DNA from: Methanomassiliicoccales archaeon
Lineage (GTDB): Archaea; Thermoplasmatota; Thermoplasmata; Methanomassiliicoccales; UBA472
Assembly: GCA_028682915.1 (NCBI GenBank)
Contig: JAJRAN010000076.1
Span: 1 to 50,650, forward strand
Reading direction: 5' to 3'
Length of the DNA: 50,650 bases
The notes under the pieces were generated by a model that did not search any database, was not told the DNA's origin, and was given only the letters and a program-made list of their open reading frames with translations. The position numbers and the translations under genes were made by a program. Positions 35,877 to 45,928 of this stretch are shown here, in pieces; position 1 is the first letter of the stretch; each line of letters opens with the position of its first letter.

Positions 35877-37067
35877 ATGACCCGCCTGCTTTACGAGGCC
35901 GACCCATACCTAACCAAGTTCGACGCCACCGTCACAAAGGTGCAGGGGGAATGGGTCGTCCTGGACAGGACCGCGTTCTTTCCAGGTGGTGGGGGGCAGG
36001 ACCATGACACCGGCTGGATGAGCGGCCTCGAGGTCAAGGTCGTGAGGTCCCAGGACGGGGAGGTCGTTCACCAGGTTCCAGGTCACGCCCTTTCCGCAGG
36101 GGACAGGGTGGATTGCGAGGTCGACTGGGAGCGCAGGAACGACCTAATGCGGGCGCATACCGGGGAACATCTCCTTTTCTCCATCCTTAGCAGAATGAGC
36201 CCGGAGCTGGAGCTGGTAAAGATCGCGATCACCTCGCCCAAGAAAAGCCTCGTAGTGAGAGGTGAGCTCAGCTGGCCGATGATGGCCCAGGCCCAGGAAC
36301 AGGCTAACGAAGCCATCGCCGCCCAGCTCCCGGTGAGCGATGTCTGGGTTTCGAAGAATTCCGAGGTGCTCAAGGACATCCGGATCAAGGTTGACAGGAT
36401 CCATGGGGATAAGGTGCGCGTCGTAACCATCGGGGACCTTGACAAGGCGGCCTGTGCCGGCGTGCACATCCAGAACACCAGGGAGCTGAAGATGCTGCTG
36501 GTCACTAAGCTGACCTCGGCCCGTCCCGTGGGAGATTACGAGATCGAGTTCGAGACGGGCCGCCGGGCGATGCAGACGGCGTTGAGGTTATCCAGCATCG
36601 GGCTGCAAGCCGCGGAGTCGGTGAGGGCTCAGCCCGAACACCTATTGAATGCCTTGTCCAACCTGAAAGGCGAGCTGCTGGTGGCACAGGACGCGGTCAG
36701 AGCCTATGGGAGGCAGGCCTTGAAGCGGTTGGAGCCTGAAAAGGTGGAAGGGGTGCGCTTGTACTCAGGAATCTTCGATGGTTTGGACAAGAAGACGTTG
36801 GTGGACTCCATCAACGAGCTGATAGGGGCAGACCGCACCGTGGCCATCATGGCCTCGGTGGATGAGCGGCTCACGCTCTTCGTCGCCACCAGCAAAGACC
36901 TAGAGATCGACAGCCGGGAGGTCCTCAACCGTGGTCTGAAGGTCGTTGACGGGAAGGGAGGGGGCGGCAAGAACTTCGCTTCGGGCGGGGCAAGCCATCC
37001 CCAGAGGGCGAAGGAAGCCCTGGATGCGGCAAAGGATGGATTGCGAGCGCTATTGACCGCTGGTTAA
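35877..37067 (+). CDS. AlaX-type aminoacyl-tRNA editing protein with DHHA1 domain
   Basis: LYEADPY, TAFFPGGGGQ..DTG, HTGEH, CAGVH, GKGGG...FASGG. Confidence 0.88.
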   Translation: MTRLLYEADPYLTKFDATVTKVQGEWVVLDRTAFFPGGGGQDHDTGWMSGLEVKVVRSQDGEVVHQVPGHALSAGDRVDCEVDWERRNDLMRAHTGEHLLFSILSRMSPELELVKIAITSPKKSLVVRGELSWPMMAQAQEQANEAIAAQLPVSDVWVSKNSEVLKDIRIKVDRIHGDKVRVVTIGDLDKAACAGVHIQNTRELKMLLVTKLTSARPVGDYEIEFETGRRAMQTALRLSSIGLQAAESVRAQPEHLLNALSNLKGELLVAQDAVRAYGRQALKRLEPEKVEGVRLYSGIFDGLDKKTLVDSINELIGADRTVAIMASVDERLTLFVATSKDLEIDSREVLNRGLKVVDGKGGGGKNFASGGASHPQRAKEALDAAKDGLRALLTAG

Positions 37068-37089
37068 CCATGTTCTTTCATAAAATATC

Positions 37090-37130
37090 GACAAATATCT
37101 ATTGATTGTCAAATTTACTATATATTTGTC
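37090..37130. promoter_or_regulatory. Inverted repeat GACAAATAT-N23-ATATTTGTC upstream of glnA
   Basis: Perfect 9-bp arms at 37090-37098 and 37122-37130; the same 9-mer occurs at 35667-35675 upstream of the Lrp gene. Confidence 0.6.
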
Positions 37131-37180
37131 TAATTACCGGAGAGCAAATTACTTTTATAACCTGTCTGATAGCCCGGGAC

Positions 37181-38533
37181 ATGACATCACCGAAAACCTT
37201 CAATGAGGCGAAGGAAGCCATCCTCAAAAAAGTCAAGGACGAGGACGTGCGCTTCATCGAGATGCAGTTCTCGGACATCATCGGCATGGTGAAGAGCGTC
37301 TCCATCCCCGTGACCAAGCTGGACCGGGCCATGGACGAAGGGGTTTTCATCGATGGGTCTTCGATCCTGGGTTATGCGACCATCGAGGAGAGCGACATGC
37401 GCGCCCAGCCGATCCTTGAGACGTTCCAGATTTACCCGTGGACGTGCGACTCCCCCATGAAGACCGCGCGCTTCATGTGCAACATATACGACCACAGCGG
37501 CAACCGGTTCAAGGGCGACCCCCGCTGGGTGCTTGAGAAGATGATCACCAAGGCCAAGGAGAAGGGCTGGGTCTTCAACGTGGGACCCGAGTTCGAGTTC
37601 TTCCTCTTCAACATGGACGAGAAGGGCAACCCCCTGGCCGAGCCGGCCGATTCGGGCGGGTACTTCGACCTCATGCCACTGGACATCGGGGAGATGGTGC
37701 GCAAGGACATTTTGCTCGCTTTCGACGCCATGCATTTCGACATGGAGGCCTCGCACCATGAGGTCGCGCCCGGGCAGCTCGAGGTCGATCTGCGCTACCA
37801 GAACGCCCTCACCATGGCCGATCGAATGATGACCCTCAAGTTCGGCGTGAAGACCATCGCTGCCCAGTACGGGCTTTACGCCACCTTTATGCCCAAGCCG
37901 CTTTACGGCGTCAACGGCTCGGGGATGCACGTGCACCAGAGCCTCGCTCAGACCGACGGCCAAAACGTCTTCGACGACCCCAACGGGAAGTACGGGCTCA
38001 GCGAGGTGGCCATGAAGTATCTCGGCGGCCTCCTGACGCACGCTCAGGAGATATGCGTCATCCTGGCCTCCCATGTCAACTCCTACAAGCGACTGGTGCC
38101 TGGCTTCGAGGCTCCATGCTACATCTCCTGGGCCAACATGAACCGGTCTGCGCTCATCCGCGTCCCGGCCGGGCGCGGTGGCAGGACGAGGGTGGAGCTG
38201 CGCAACCCCGACCCGTCGGGCAACCCCTACCTGCAGTTCGCGGTCATGCTCGCCGCGGGATTGGATGGCATAGAGAGGAACATCTATCCGCCCGAGCCGG
38301 TGGAGAAGGACATCTACCATATGACCAAGGACGAGCGCAAGCGCCTGGGCATCGATTCGCTGCCGGAGTCCCTAGGGCAGGCGCTCGAGATATTCTCCCA
38401 GAGCAAGCTGATGAAGGAGGTGCTGGGTGAGCACATCTTCTCCCACTACCAGCACATCAAGAACGAGGATTGGGACGAGTACCGCACCTGGGTCAGCGAC
38501 TGGGAGCACAAGAAGTACCTGAAGGTGCTTTGA
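37181..38533 (+). CDS. glnA: Glutamine synthetase type I
   Basis: DGSSI.G, GPEFEFFLF, SHHEVAPGQ, FMPKP..GVNGSGMH.H, NSYKRLVPGFEAP, NRSALIR, ELRNPD. Confidence 0.97.
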   Translation: MTSPKTFNEAKEAILKKVKDEDVRFIEMQFSDIIGMVKSVSIPVTKLDRAMDEGVFIDGSSILGYATIEESDMRAQPILETFQIYPWTCDSPMKTARFMCNIYDHSGNRFKGDPRWVLEKMITKAKEKGWVFNVGPEFEFFLFNMDEKGNPLAEPADSGGYFDLMPLDIGEMVRKDILLAFDAMHFDMEASHHEVAPGQLEVDLRYQNALTMADRMMTLKFGVKTIAAQYGLYATFMPKPLYGVNGSGMHVHQSLAQTDGQNVFDDPNGKYGLSEVAMKYLGGLLTHAQEICVILASHVNSYKRLVPGFEAPCYISWANMNRSALIRVPAGRGGRTRVELRNPDPSGNPYLQFAVMLAAGLDGIERNIYPPEPVEKDIYHMTKDERKRLGIDSLPESLGQALEIFSQSKLMKEVLGEHIFSHYQHIKNEDWDEYRTWVSDWEHKKYLKVL

Positions 38534-38626
38534 GGCTGCCAGAGCCTTGCCAAACCTTTTCCTGTCCCTTTTCATCCCTTTTTCAAAAGGTTTAAAAGAC
38601 GCTGCTGATTTGTCATCCTCGTTACC

Positions 38627-39016
38627 ATGATGCCAGGAATGCGCGGTGTAAACCCTCGGCAGGTCAAGCAGGCCATGAAGAAGATGGGCATCGAGACCGA
38701 GGAGCTGAAGGATGTCACCGAGGTAATCATCCGCACCAGGGACAAGCAGTACGTCATCAAGGATGCGGAGGTCACCATCATGAAGGTGCAAGGCCAGAAG
38801 ACCTTCCAGATCGTGGGCGATGACAAGGTCATGCCCCTGGACCAGGTCCTCAGGCCGGCCGGGGATAAGGACGCTCCCGCGCAGCCTTCCATCCCTGAGG
38901 AGGATGTCCTGCTGGTGATGAGCCAGACCGGGGCATCGAGGGAGAAAGCCATCGAGGCTTTGAAGGCCTGTGATGGCCAGCCAGCGGAGGCCATCATCAA
39001 GCTGATGTCGTCCTGA
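38627..39016 (+). CDS. nac: Nascent polypeptide-associated complex protein
   Basis: NPRQVKQAMKKMGI, VTEVII, FQIVG, UBA-like C-terminus EDV.LVMSQTG. Confidence 0.92.
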   Translation: MMPGMRGVNPRQVKQAMKKMGIETEELKDVTEVIIRTRDKQYVIKDAEVTIMKVQGQKTFQIVGDDKVMPLDQVLRPAGDKDAPAQPSIPEEDVLLVMSQTGASREKAIEALKACDGQPAEAIIKLMSS

Positions 39017-39025
39017 GGTGCTGAC

Positions 39026-39253
39026 ATGTGCCTAGCTGTTCCCGGTAAGATCGTGTCCATAAACGGCCAGAACGCCCTGATCGATTTCGGTGGCGTGCAG
39101 AGGGAGGCGAACGTTTCGCTGATCGAGCCCATAGTGGGAGATTATGTCGTGGTCCACGCGGGCTTCGCCATCCAGGTCGTCGACGAAGAGGAAGCCAAAG
39201 AGACGATCAAGCTCTGGGAGGAGCTTATGGCCTCGCAGCAGCAGGAAGGCTGA
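39026..39253 (+). CDS. hypC: Hydrogenase maturation chaperone HypC
   Basis: MCLAVPGKI, VGDYVVVHAGFAI. Confidence 0.95.
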   Translation: MCLAVPGKIVSINGQNALIDFGGVQREANVSLIEPIVGDYVVVHAGFAIQVVDEEEAKETIKLWEELMASQQQEG

Positions 39254-39365
39254 GCCATCAAGCGAGTCTAGTTTTGATAATTCCCTTTCAACAACATTTA
39301 TACCGATTGCGCTCTCCCTCCTATTCCAAATTTCGAAAGTGACGTCCCCCGTCCGGAGGAGACCT

Positions 39366-40076
39366 ATGAAGACGATATATGGGCCAGTGGCCTCATGGCG
39401 AATCGGTGAATGCTTCAACGCCGACCCTATATGCCGCTCCCCCAAGGTCTGCAGCTTCGATTGCGTTTACTGCAAGTTCGGTTCTGCTGGCTTCGTCAGC
39501 ACCAAGCGCTGCGACATGGTCGACGCCGAGGAGTTCTCCGATGACGTGTCCCACCTGACATCGCAACAGAAGCGCATCCCATTGAGGTTCAGCGGAAGCG
39601 GAGAGCCGACAATGGCCAGCAACCTCGGCGACCTCGTTTCCAAGGCGAGGGTCGCGGGAGTTAGCACCATAGTTGCGGTCACCAACTCCTCCCTGCTCTC
39701 GATGCCCGATGTTCGCGAGGACCTAAGGGACGTGGATGTGGTCATCGCCAAGCTCGACGCCGCTGATGAGCACGATTTCCAGAGCATAAACAGGCCGCAC
39801 CCCAGCGTCACTTACTCGAATGTCCTGGCCGGTCTCCGCACGATGCGATCGTCCTTCAAAGGGAGCCTAAGGCTGCAGATCATGCTCATGGAGCGGAACC
39901 GGTACGGCCTCGAGGCCTTGGGGGAGATATGCCAAGACCTCTCTCCCGACATCACCTACCTCAGCACCCCGACCAGGTCCAGCAGCTGCGAGCCTTTGAG
40001 CCACAAGGTCATGCTTTCGGCGGCTCGGAAGCTCGAGCGCAAGGGTTGCAGGGTCTCGGTCGAAGGAAAGCTCTAG
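39366..40076 (+). CDS. Radical SAM protein
   Basis: IYGPV.S.R.G, CSFDCVYC, SGSGEPT, AVTNSSL, KLDA; RBS GGAGG. Confidence 0.85.
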   Translation: MKTIYGPVASWRIGECFNADPICRSPKVCSFDCVYCKFGSAGFVSTKRCDMVDAEEFSDDVSHLTSQQKRIPLRFSGSGEPTMASNLGDLVSKARVAGVSTIVAVTNSSLLSMPDVREDLRDVDVVIAKLDAADEHDFQSINRPHPSVTYSNVLAGLRTMRSSFKGSLRLQIMLMERNRYGLEALGEICQDLSPDITYLSTPTRSSSCEPLSHKVMLSAARKLERKGCRVSVEGKL

Positions 40077-40165
40077 GCGGAATTCACGTCGCAAAGCAGC
40101 GATTCTGATGCCAATCTACCTCTAAAAAGGAAATAGCAAAAGAATGGAAGGGTTTTTGCGCGATA

Positions 40166-41116
40166 TCAGTGCTTGCACAGCCTGAGCAGCTCCTGCCACT
40201 TGCTGTCGACGTTGGCCTGGATCTCGTCCGCCACGAACTTCCATTTCTCCTTGGTCAAGTGGCCGAACCTCCCTTGTGACTTGAGCCAATCCGAGACCGG
40301 AAGCTTCTGCCTCGATCCCTCGGCGATGCGCAGCGACTCGCCGGTTAGCCTCCACTCCCCCCGCTCGAACTCGTAGAGGGGCCAGACGCAGGTCTCCACC
40401 GCCAGCTTGGCTATCTCGATAGTCTTCGCCGAATCGTGCCTCCATCCCCTGGGGCAAGGGGAGATGACGTTCAGGAAGGCAGGGCCGTTGGCCTCGAAGC
40501 CCTTCGCCGACTTCTCGATCATGTCCTTGTAGTTGTGCGGCGAGGCCTGGGCGGCGTATGGGAGGTCATGGGCGATGATGATCTTGGTCAGGTCCTTCGG
40601 GAACTCGCGCTTTCCGGGAATGCATGTACCAGCGGGGCAGGTGGTCGTCTGCGCTCCCCTGCTGGTCGCGCCGGAACGCTGGATTCCGGTGTTCATGTAC
40701 GCCTCGTTGTTCAGGCACACGTACATGAAGCGGTGCCCGCGCTCGATCGCTCCTGATATGGCCTGGAAGCCTATGTCGTAGGTGGCCCCGTCTCCTCCAA
40801 AGGTGATGAACCTTATGTCCTCGGTGATCTTGCCTTGGCGCTTGAGCGACAGGTAGGCGGCCTCCACCCCGGAGATGGTGGCAGCCGCGTTCTCGAAGGC
40901 GCTGTGGATCCAAGGGACGTTCCACGATGTGAATGGATAGATGGACGAGGACACCTCGAAGCATCCGGTGGCGTTGGAGACCACGACCGGCTTTTCGGTG
41001 GCCATGAGGATCTGGCGGGCGATTATCGGCTCCGCGCACCCGGCGCACAGGCGGTGACCCTCGACGTACCGGTCCTCCCTCTCCGACAGGACCTTGAGGC
41101 TGGTCACGGTGCTCAT
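40166..41116 (-). CDS. porB: Pyruvate:ferredoxin oxidoreductase beta subunit
   Basis: GHRLCAGC, TPP motif GGDGATYDIG...NNEAYMNTG, SPCPRGW. Confidence 0.93.
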   Translation of the reverse strand: MSTVTSLKVLSEREDRYVEGHRLCAGCAEPIIARQILMATEKPVVVSNATGCFEVSSSIYPFTSWNVPWIHSAFENAAATISGVEAAYLSLKRQGKITEDIRFITFGGDGATYDIGFQAISGAIERGHRFMYVCLNNEAYMNTGIQRSGATSRGAQTTTCPAGTCIPGKREFPKDLTKIIIAHDLPYAAQASPHNYKDMIEKSAKGFEANGPAFLNVISPCPRGWRHDSAKTIEIAKLAVETCVWPLYEFERGEWRLTGESLRIAEGSRQKLPVSDWLKSQGRFGHLTKEKWKFVADEIQANVDSKWQELLRLCKH

Positions 41117-42273
41117 GCCCTCACCCCCAGGAAGTTGACGAGCTCTCCCTCGTTGTAGATCAGCTGCTTGTAGACGTGCTTCAGCTCCTCGGGCTTGATG
41201 TCCCTTCCTCCCAACCCGTAGATGTAGTTCTTCAGCTTGGGCCTGTCCTTGGCGTCGTAAAGGGCGCTCCTCACCTCGGGGAAGAGCGGGCCAGAGGCGC
41301 CGATGCTCACCGCGCGGTCTAGGATGGCGACTCCCTTGAGACCCTGCAGGATCTTCGCCAGTTCCTGAGCGGGGAAGGGCCGGAACAGGCGCAACTTGAT
41401 GCTGCCCACCTTCTTGCCCTCCGCCCTGAGCTCGTCAACGATGTCCTTCAGGGTCCCAGCGGTGGAGCCCATGGCCACCACGGCGTAATCGGCGTCATCG
41501 AGGCGATATGGCTCGATGATGTTGTACCTGCGCCCCGATACCTTGGCGAAGTCGTCCTGGACCTGCTCCATCACCGGGATCACGTGACGCATGGCGTCCA
41601 CCTGCTGATACTTGTGCTCGAAGTAGAAGTCGGTCCAGTCGAATGGGCCGAAGGTGGTTGGGTTCTTGACGTCGAGCAAGGATCGCTTATACTTGAAGGG
41701 GCCGACGAACTTCTTGACCACCTCGTCCGGCAACGGCTCGAACCTCTCCAAGGAGTGGGTGACGATGAACCCGTCCAGGCAGGTCATGGTGGGCAGGCGG
41801 AGGTCCATGTGCTCGGCGATGCGGAAGGCCATTATGGAGTTGTCGTAGGCCTCCTGCACGTTCTCGCCGAAGATCTGGATCCAGCCAGAGTCCCTCGCGC
41901 CCATGGCATCGCTGTGGTCGCAGTGGATGTTGATCGGGCCGGAGAGAGCGCGGTTGGCCACCGCCATGACGATGGGCAGCCTCATCCCGGAGGCGATGTA
42001 GAGCATCTCCCACATGAACGCGAGCCCCGCCGACGCCGTGGCCGTGGCCGTCCTGGCACCGCTGGCCGAGGCACCGATGCACATGGACATGGCGCTGTGC
42101 TCGGACTCTGCGCAGACATATTCCGTGTTCACAAGACCATCAGCCACGTACTCGGAGAACGCCTCCACTATAATGGTCTGTGGGGTGATGGGATAGGCCG
42201 CCACCACATCTGGGTCGATCTGCTTCCAGGCAAGAGCGATGACCTGGTCCCCGTTCATCGCGACTTTTTCCAT
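41113..42273 (-). CDS. porA: Pyruvate:ferredoxin oxidoreductase alpha subunit
   Basis: AAYPITPQT, ESEHSA, NRALSGPINIH.DH, LFRPFP, GLGGRD. Confidence 0.93.
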   Translation of the reverse strand: MEKVAMNGDQVIALAWKQIDPDVVAAYPITPQTIIVEAFSEYVADGLVNTEYVCAESEHSAMSMCIGASASGARTATATASAGLAFMWEMLYIASGMRLPIVMAVANRALSGPINIHCDHSDAMGARDSGWIQIFGENVQEAYDNSIMAFRIAEHMDLRLPTMTCLDGFIVTHSLERFEPLPDEVVKKFVGPFKYKRSLLDVKNPTTFGPFDWTDFYFEHKYQQVDAMRHVIPVMEQVQDDFAKVSGRRYNIIEPYRLDDADYAVVAMGSTAGTLKDIVDELRAEGKKVGSIKLRLFRPFPAQELAKILQGLKGVAILDRAVSIGASGPLFPEVRSALYDAKDRPKLKNYIYGLGGRDIKPEELKHVYKQLIYNEGELVNFLGVRA

Positions 42274-42555
42274 TTACGCTCCCTCCTCAACCATCTTGAT
42301 GCATTTCGCAGGGCACTGGTTGGCGCATATCCCGCAACCCTTGCAGTGCGTGAGCTTGAACCCCACCCTCTTTCCTTCCTTGACGATGACGCTGTTGTCC
42401 GGGCAGTATATCCAGCAGATGAGGCAATTCGTGCACTTGCTCTCGTCGCACACCGGCCGCATCGACCTCCAATCACCGGTGTTGTACTTCCTGGAGGAAC
42501 CTGCCTCCAATATCATTCCACCCTCTGGTATCTCCCCAGCCTTCTCGCCTGCCAT
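42274..42555 (-). CDS. porD: Pyruvate:ferredoxin oxidoreductase delta subunit
   Basis: TGDWR..RP, CTNCLICWIYCP, CKGCGICANQCP. Confidence 0.93.
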   Translation of the reverse strand: MAGEKAGEIPEGGMILEAGSSRKYNTGDWRSMRPVCDESKCTNCLICWIYCPDNSVIVKEGKRVGFKLTHCKGCGICANQCPAKCIKMVEEGA

Positions 42556-43122
42556 CTACTGCACCTCCTCGTGCGCGCGCACCACCGCTCGGATGTTCTT
42601 GTTGATGACTTCCTGGTTGAACTTGCCGGAGAACTTCGACGCCAGCTCGGCCGTGACCGTGTTGATGTCGACCAGCTTTGACACCTTGACGAGGGCCCCA
42701 AGCATGGCGGTGTTGGCCATCGGACGGCCGATCTCATCGGTGGATATCTTGGTGGCGTTGACCGCATAGACATGGTGGTTGCCGAACATGGCCTTCAGCT
42801 TCTCCTTGGAGTCTGGATAGTTGACGATCACGCTACTCTTCTCCGTGAGGCCTTCCTTGACCATCGGATTGCTCAGCAATGTGTGGTCTAGGACGACCAC
42901 GTAATTGGGATAATATACCTGGCTATGATTGTTAATAGGCTTGTCCGAGATGCGAGCGAAAGCCCTGATGGGCGCGCCCATCCTTTCTGGACCGAACTCT
43001 GGGAAGGCTTTGATGTACTTGCCTTCCTTGAGCGCGGCGCCAGCAAGAATCTCGTTTGCCGTGACGACCCCTTGCCCGCCCCTACCGTGCCATCTAATCT
43101 CGACCGTGCTCACGTGAAACAC
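42556..43122 (-). CDS. porC: Pyruvate:ferredoxin oxidoreductase gamma subunit
   Basis: EIRWHGRGGQG, FGPERMGAP, NTAMLGA; GTG start uncertain (43113-43128). Confidence 0.92.
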   Translation of the reverse strand: MFHVSTVEIRWHGRGGQGVVTANEILAGAALKEGKYIKAFPEFGPERMGAPIRAFARISDKPINNHSQVYYPNYVVVLDHTLLSNPMVKEGLTEKSSVIVNYPDSKEKLKAMFGNHHVYAVNATKISTDEIGRPMANTAMLGALVKVSKLVDINTVTAELASKFSGKFNQEVINKNIRAVVRAHEEVQ

Positions 43123-43583
43123 TCTCACGCCTGCCTCCCAGTAATTAATGATATTATTTGAAGATTTCACTCAAATGCTACGAAACACACAGAACTTCTT
43201 ACGAAACTGCGGAAAGTGTTCGATGGAATACGATTCTCAAATACTTCTTTTATGATGAAAAGATTAGATTGAATGAATTAAACGAAAAACGAGCGTTCGT
43301 GAATTCAGTGATAGCTTCGTGAATGCGGATAATTTGGCGAAACGATGCGCGCGTGAGGCGCTCTTGCTCGCGGTTGGCGACAAGTGAGTGATGCGGTTGC
43401 CGTCGATGGACCTTGACGCTCTCCCCCGTCCTTAGGCCGAGCCCTCTGGATTATCACCATCTAATTCCAACCCCCAATAAGGTTAATACCGATGAGTTTA
43501 TTCGACTAACGCATCATGTCATCTGAGGGCTGCGGCACTCCGCAATCCTCGCGAAAACCCCTTCGTACCACCTTGGTGAGCCT

Positions 43584-45884
43584 ATGAAGAGGATAATGAG
43601 CATCGCGGAATTGGGAGTGAACGACATACCTATCGCAGGCGGCAAGGCCGCGAACCTCGGGGAGTTGATCTCGGCCGGTTTCCATGTCCCTGGGGGCTTT
43701 GTCCTTACTACAGCCTCCTATGACTACTTCCTCGAGAAGAATGACCTGCTGGTGAAATTCTCGCCTCTCCTCGAGAAAGTGGATGTCTCGTCCGAGGCAT
43801 CCTTGCAGGATTGCTCGCAAAGGATACGAAAGGCATTCGATGAGGCTGAGGTCCCTGAGGACCTCAGATTCGAGATACTCAAGGAATTCCACTCATTGTT
43901 CGAATCGAAGAAGAAGCTGGGATTGGTAGCGGTGCGCTCGAGCGCCACCGCCGAGGACCTGCCAACGGCGTCGTTCGCTGGACAACAGGATACCTTCCTC
44001 AACGTCTATGAGCCCGATGACCTGATAGACAAAGTGAAGAAATGCTGGTCTTCGCTCTTCACCCCGAGGGCCATCTCCTATCGCTCAAGCAAGGGTTTTG
44101 AGGACACGAAGGTGAAGCTCGCCGTGGTGGTGCAGAAGATGGTGAACTCGGACGTCGCGGGCATCATGTTCACCGTGGACCCCAACTCCGAGCTTCCGCA
44201 CATAATCGTCGAGGCTGGCTACGGGCTGGGCGAGGCGATAGTGGGGGGAAAGGTCACCCCTGACACCTACGTCGTGGACAAGTTCCACACCAAGATCATC
44301 AACAAGCGGGTGGCAAAACAGACGTGGAAGCTCGTGCGCGGTAAGACCGGGGACACCGTGAGGGAGGAGGTCCCGGTGGCCGATGCCGAGAAGCAGAAGC
44401 TCACCGACGATCAGATCCTCGAGGTGGCGGACATCGGCAACCAGATAGAGCTCCATTACAACAAGCCCATGGACATCGAGTGGTGCTTGGAGGATGGAGA
44501 GTTCTTCATCGTCCAGGCGAGGCCGGTGACGACGTTAGTCGGCAATGGGGGTAAGAAGGTGGCAGAAAAGGGCAAGGAACCGAAGGAGGCAGGCAAGATA
44601 CTGTTGAAGGGCTTGGCGGCAAGCCCTGGCATGGCCTCCGGTCCAGTGAGGCTCTACAAGGAGGAGGAGAGCCTGGATGTGGTCAAGAAGGGCGACATAT
44701 TGGTCACGATAATGACGTCACCAGATATGGTCCCGGCCATGACCAGGGCCGCGGCCATCATCACCGACGAAGGAGGGATGACCTGCCATGCGGCCATCGT
44801 GGCGAGAGAGCTCGGAACCCCCTGCATCGTCGGCTCCAAGGAGGCCACCAAGCTGCTCAAGGACGGCATGGTCGTCACGGTGGACGGGGCAAGGGGCGTG
44901 GTAATGGAGGGGGCACAGGAAATTAAGGATGAGGATAAGGGGCCTTCCTCCTTGGCCGTTAGCGTCCCGATAACTGCGACCAAGATAATGGTCAACGTGG
45001 CCATCCCGCACAAGGCTGACGAATATTCCAAGCTGCCAGTGTCGGGAGTGGGGCTCATGCGCATCGAGTTCCTCTTCACCTCGTTCATCGGGGAACATCC
45101 CTCTCACATGGTGGAGAAGGGCCGCTCCAAGGAACTCGTAGACAAGCTGTCCGAGGGCATCGGCATCGTGGGCAGAGCGTTCTTCCCGCGCCCCATCATC
45201 CTCAGGCTCAGCGACTTCAAGACCAACGAGTACAGGGACATGCCAGGAGGAGAGAAGTTCGAGCCACCGGAGCAGAACCCGATGATCGGTTGGCGCGGCT
45301 GCTCCCGCTATGTCAGCTCCTCGTACCGGGACGCGTTCAAGTGCGAGCTCCTGGCCGTCAAGAAGGCGCGCGAGGAGATGAACCTCAAGAACATTTGGTT
45401 GATGCTGCCGTTCGTGCGCACCGTAGGCGAGGTCAAGGAGATCACCGCCATGATGGAGGAGGTAGGTCTGAGGCGCGGCAACGACTTCAAGCTGTACCTC
45501 ATGGCCGAGGTGCCGGTCATCATCTTCATGGCCGAGGAGTTCTCAGAGGTGTGCGATGGGTTCTCCATCGGCTCCAACGACCTGACCCAGCTGATCATGG
45601 GCGCGGACCGCGACTCGGACATCCTGGCGAAGATGGGGTACTTCGACGAGAGGCAGGAAGCCATCAAGAGGGCCATCGCCCACCTCATCGAGGCGGCGCA
45701 CAAGAAGGGCGTGCCCGTGGGCATATGCGGCCAGGCGCCCAGCGTGTACCCGGAGTTCACGGAGTTCCTGGTGCGCTGCGGCATCGACTCCATCTCGCTG
45801 AACCCTGACACGGTGGTCAAGACGATCAGCATGGTCGCTTCGGTGGAGCAGCGCATAATCCTCGAATCGCTAAGGAAGCGCTGA
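43584..45884 (+). CDS. ppsA: Phosphoenolpyruvate synthase
   Basis: GGKAANLGE, AVRSSATAEDL..ASFAGQQDT, GGMTCHAAIVARE, DFKTNEY, FSIGSNDLTQ, ICGQAPS. Confidence 0.96.
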   Translation: MKRIMSIAELGVNDIPIAGGKAANLGELISAGFHVPGGFVLTTASYDYFLEKNDLLVKFSPLLEKVDVSSEASLQDCSQRIRKAFDEAEVPEDLRFEILKEFHSLFESKKKLGLVAVRSSATAEDLPTASFAGQQDTFLNVYEPDDLIDKVKKCWSSLFTPRAISYRSSKGFEDTKVKLAVVVQKMVNSDVAGIMFTVDPNSELPHIIVEAGYGLGEAIVGGKVTPDTYVVDKFHTKIINKRVAKQTWKLVRGKTGDTVREEVPVADAEKQKLTDDQILEVADIGNQIELHYNKPMDIEWCLEDGEFFIVQARPVTTLVGNGGKKVAEKGKEPKEAGKILLKGLAASPGMASGPVRLYKEEESLDVVKKGDILVTIMTSPDMVPAMTRAAAIITDEGGMTCHAAIVARELGTPCIVGSKEATKLLKDGMVVTVDGARGVVMEGAQEIKDEDKGPSSLAVSVPITATKIMVNVAIPHKADEYSKLPVSGVGLMRIEFLFTSFIGEHPSHMVEKGRSKELVDKLSEGIGIVGRAFFPRPIILRLSDFKTNEYRDMPGGEKFEPPEQNPMIGWRGCSRYVSSSYRDAFKCELLAVKKAREEMNLKNIWLMLPFVRTVGEVKEITAMMEEVGLRRGNDFKLYLMAEVPVIIFMAEEFSEVCDGFSIGSNDLTQLIMGADRDSDILAKMGYFDERQEAIKRAIAHLIEAAHKKGVPVGICGQAPSVYPEFTEFLVRCGIDSISLNPDTVVKTISMVASVEQRIILESLRKR

Positions 45885-45894
45885 GCCCAAACCA

Positions 45895-45926
45895 TTTAAA
45901 GATTTATTATTTTATATATTAGAATA
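45895..45926. terminator. AT-rich spacer between convergent genes, probable terminator region
   Basis: TTTAAAGATTTATTATTTTATATATT between the ppsA and CBS-ParB stops. Confidence 0.4.
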
Positions 45927-45928
45927 GA

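Noticed and set aside
38627-39253. nac-hypC adjacency as a functional system
   Set aside because: Both are ordinary chaperone genes and nothing beyond proximity links them
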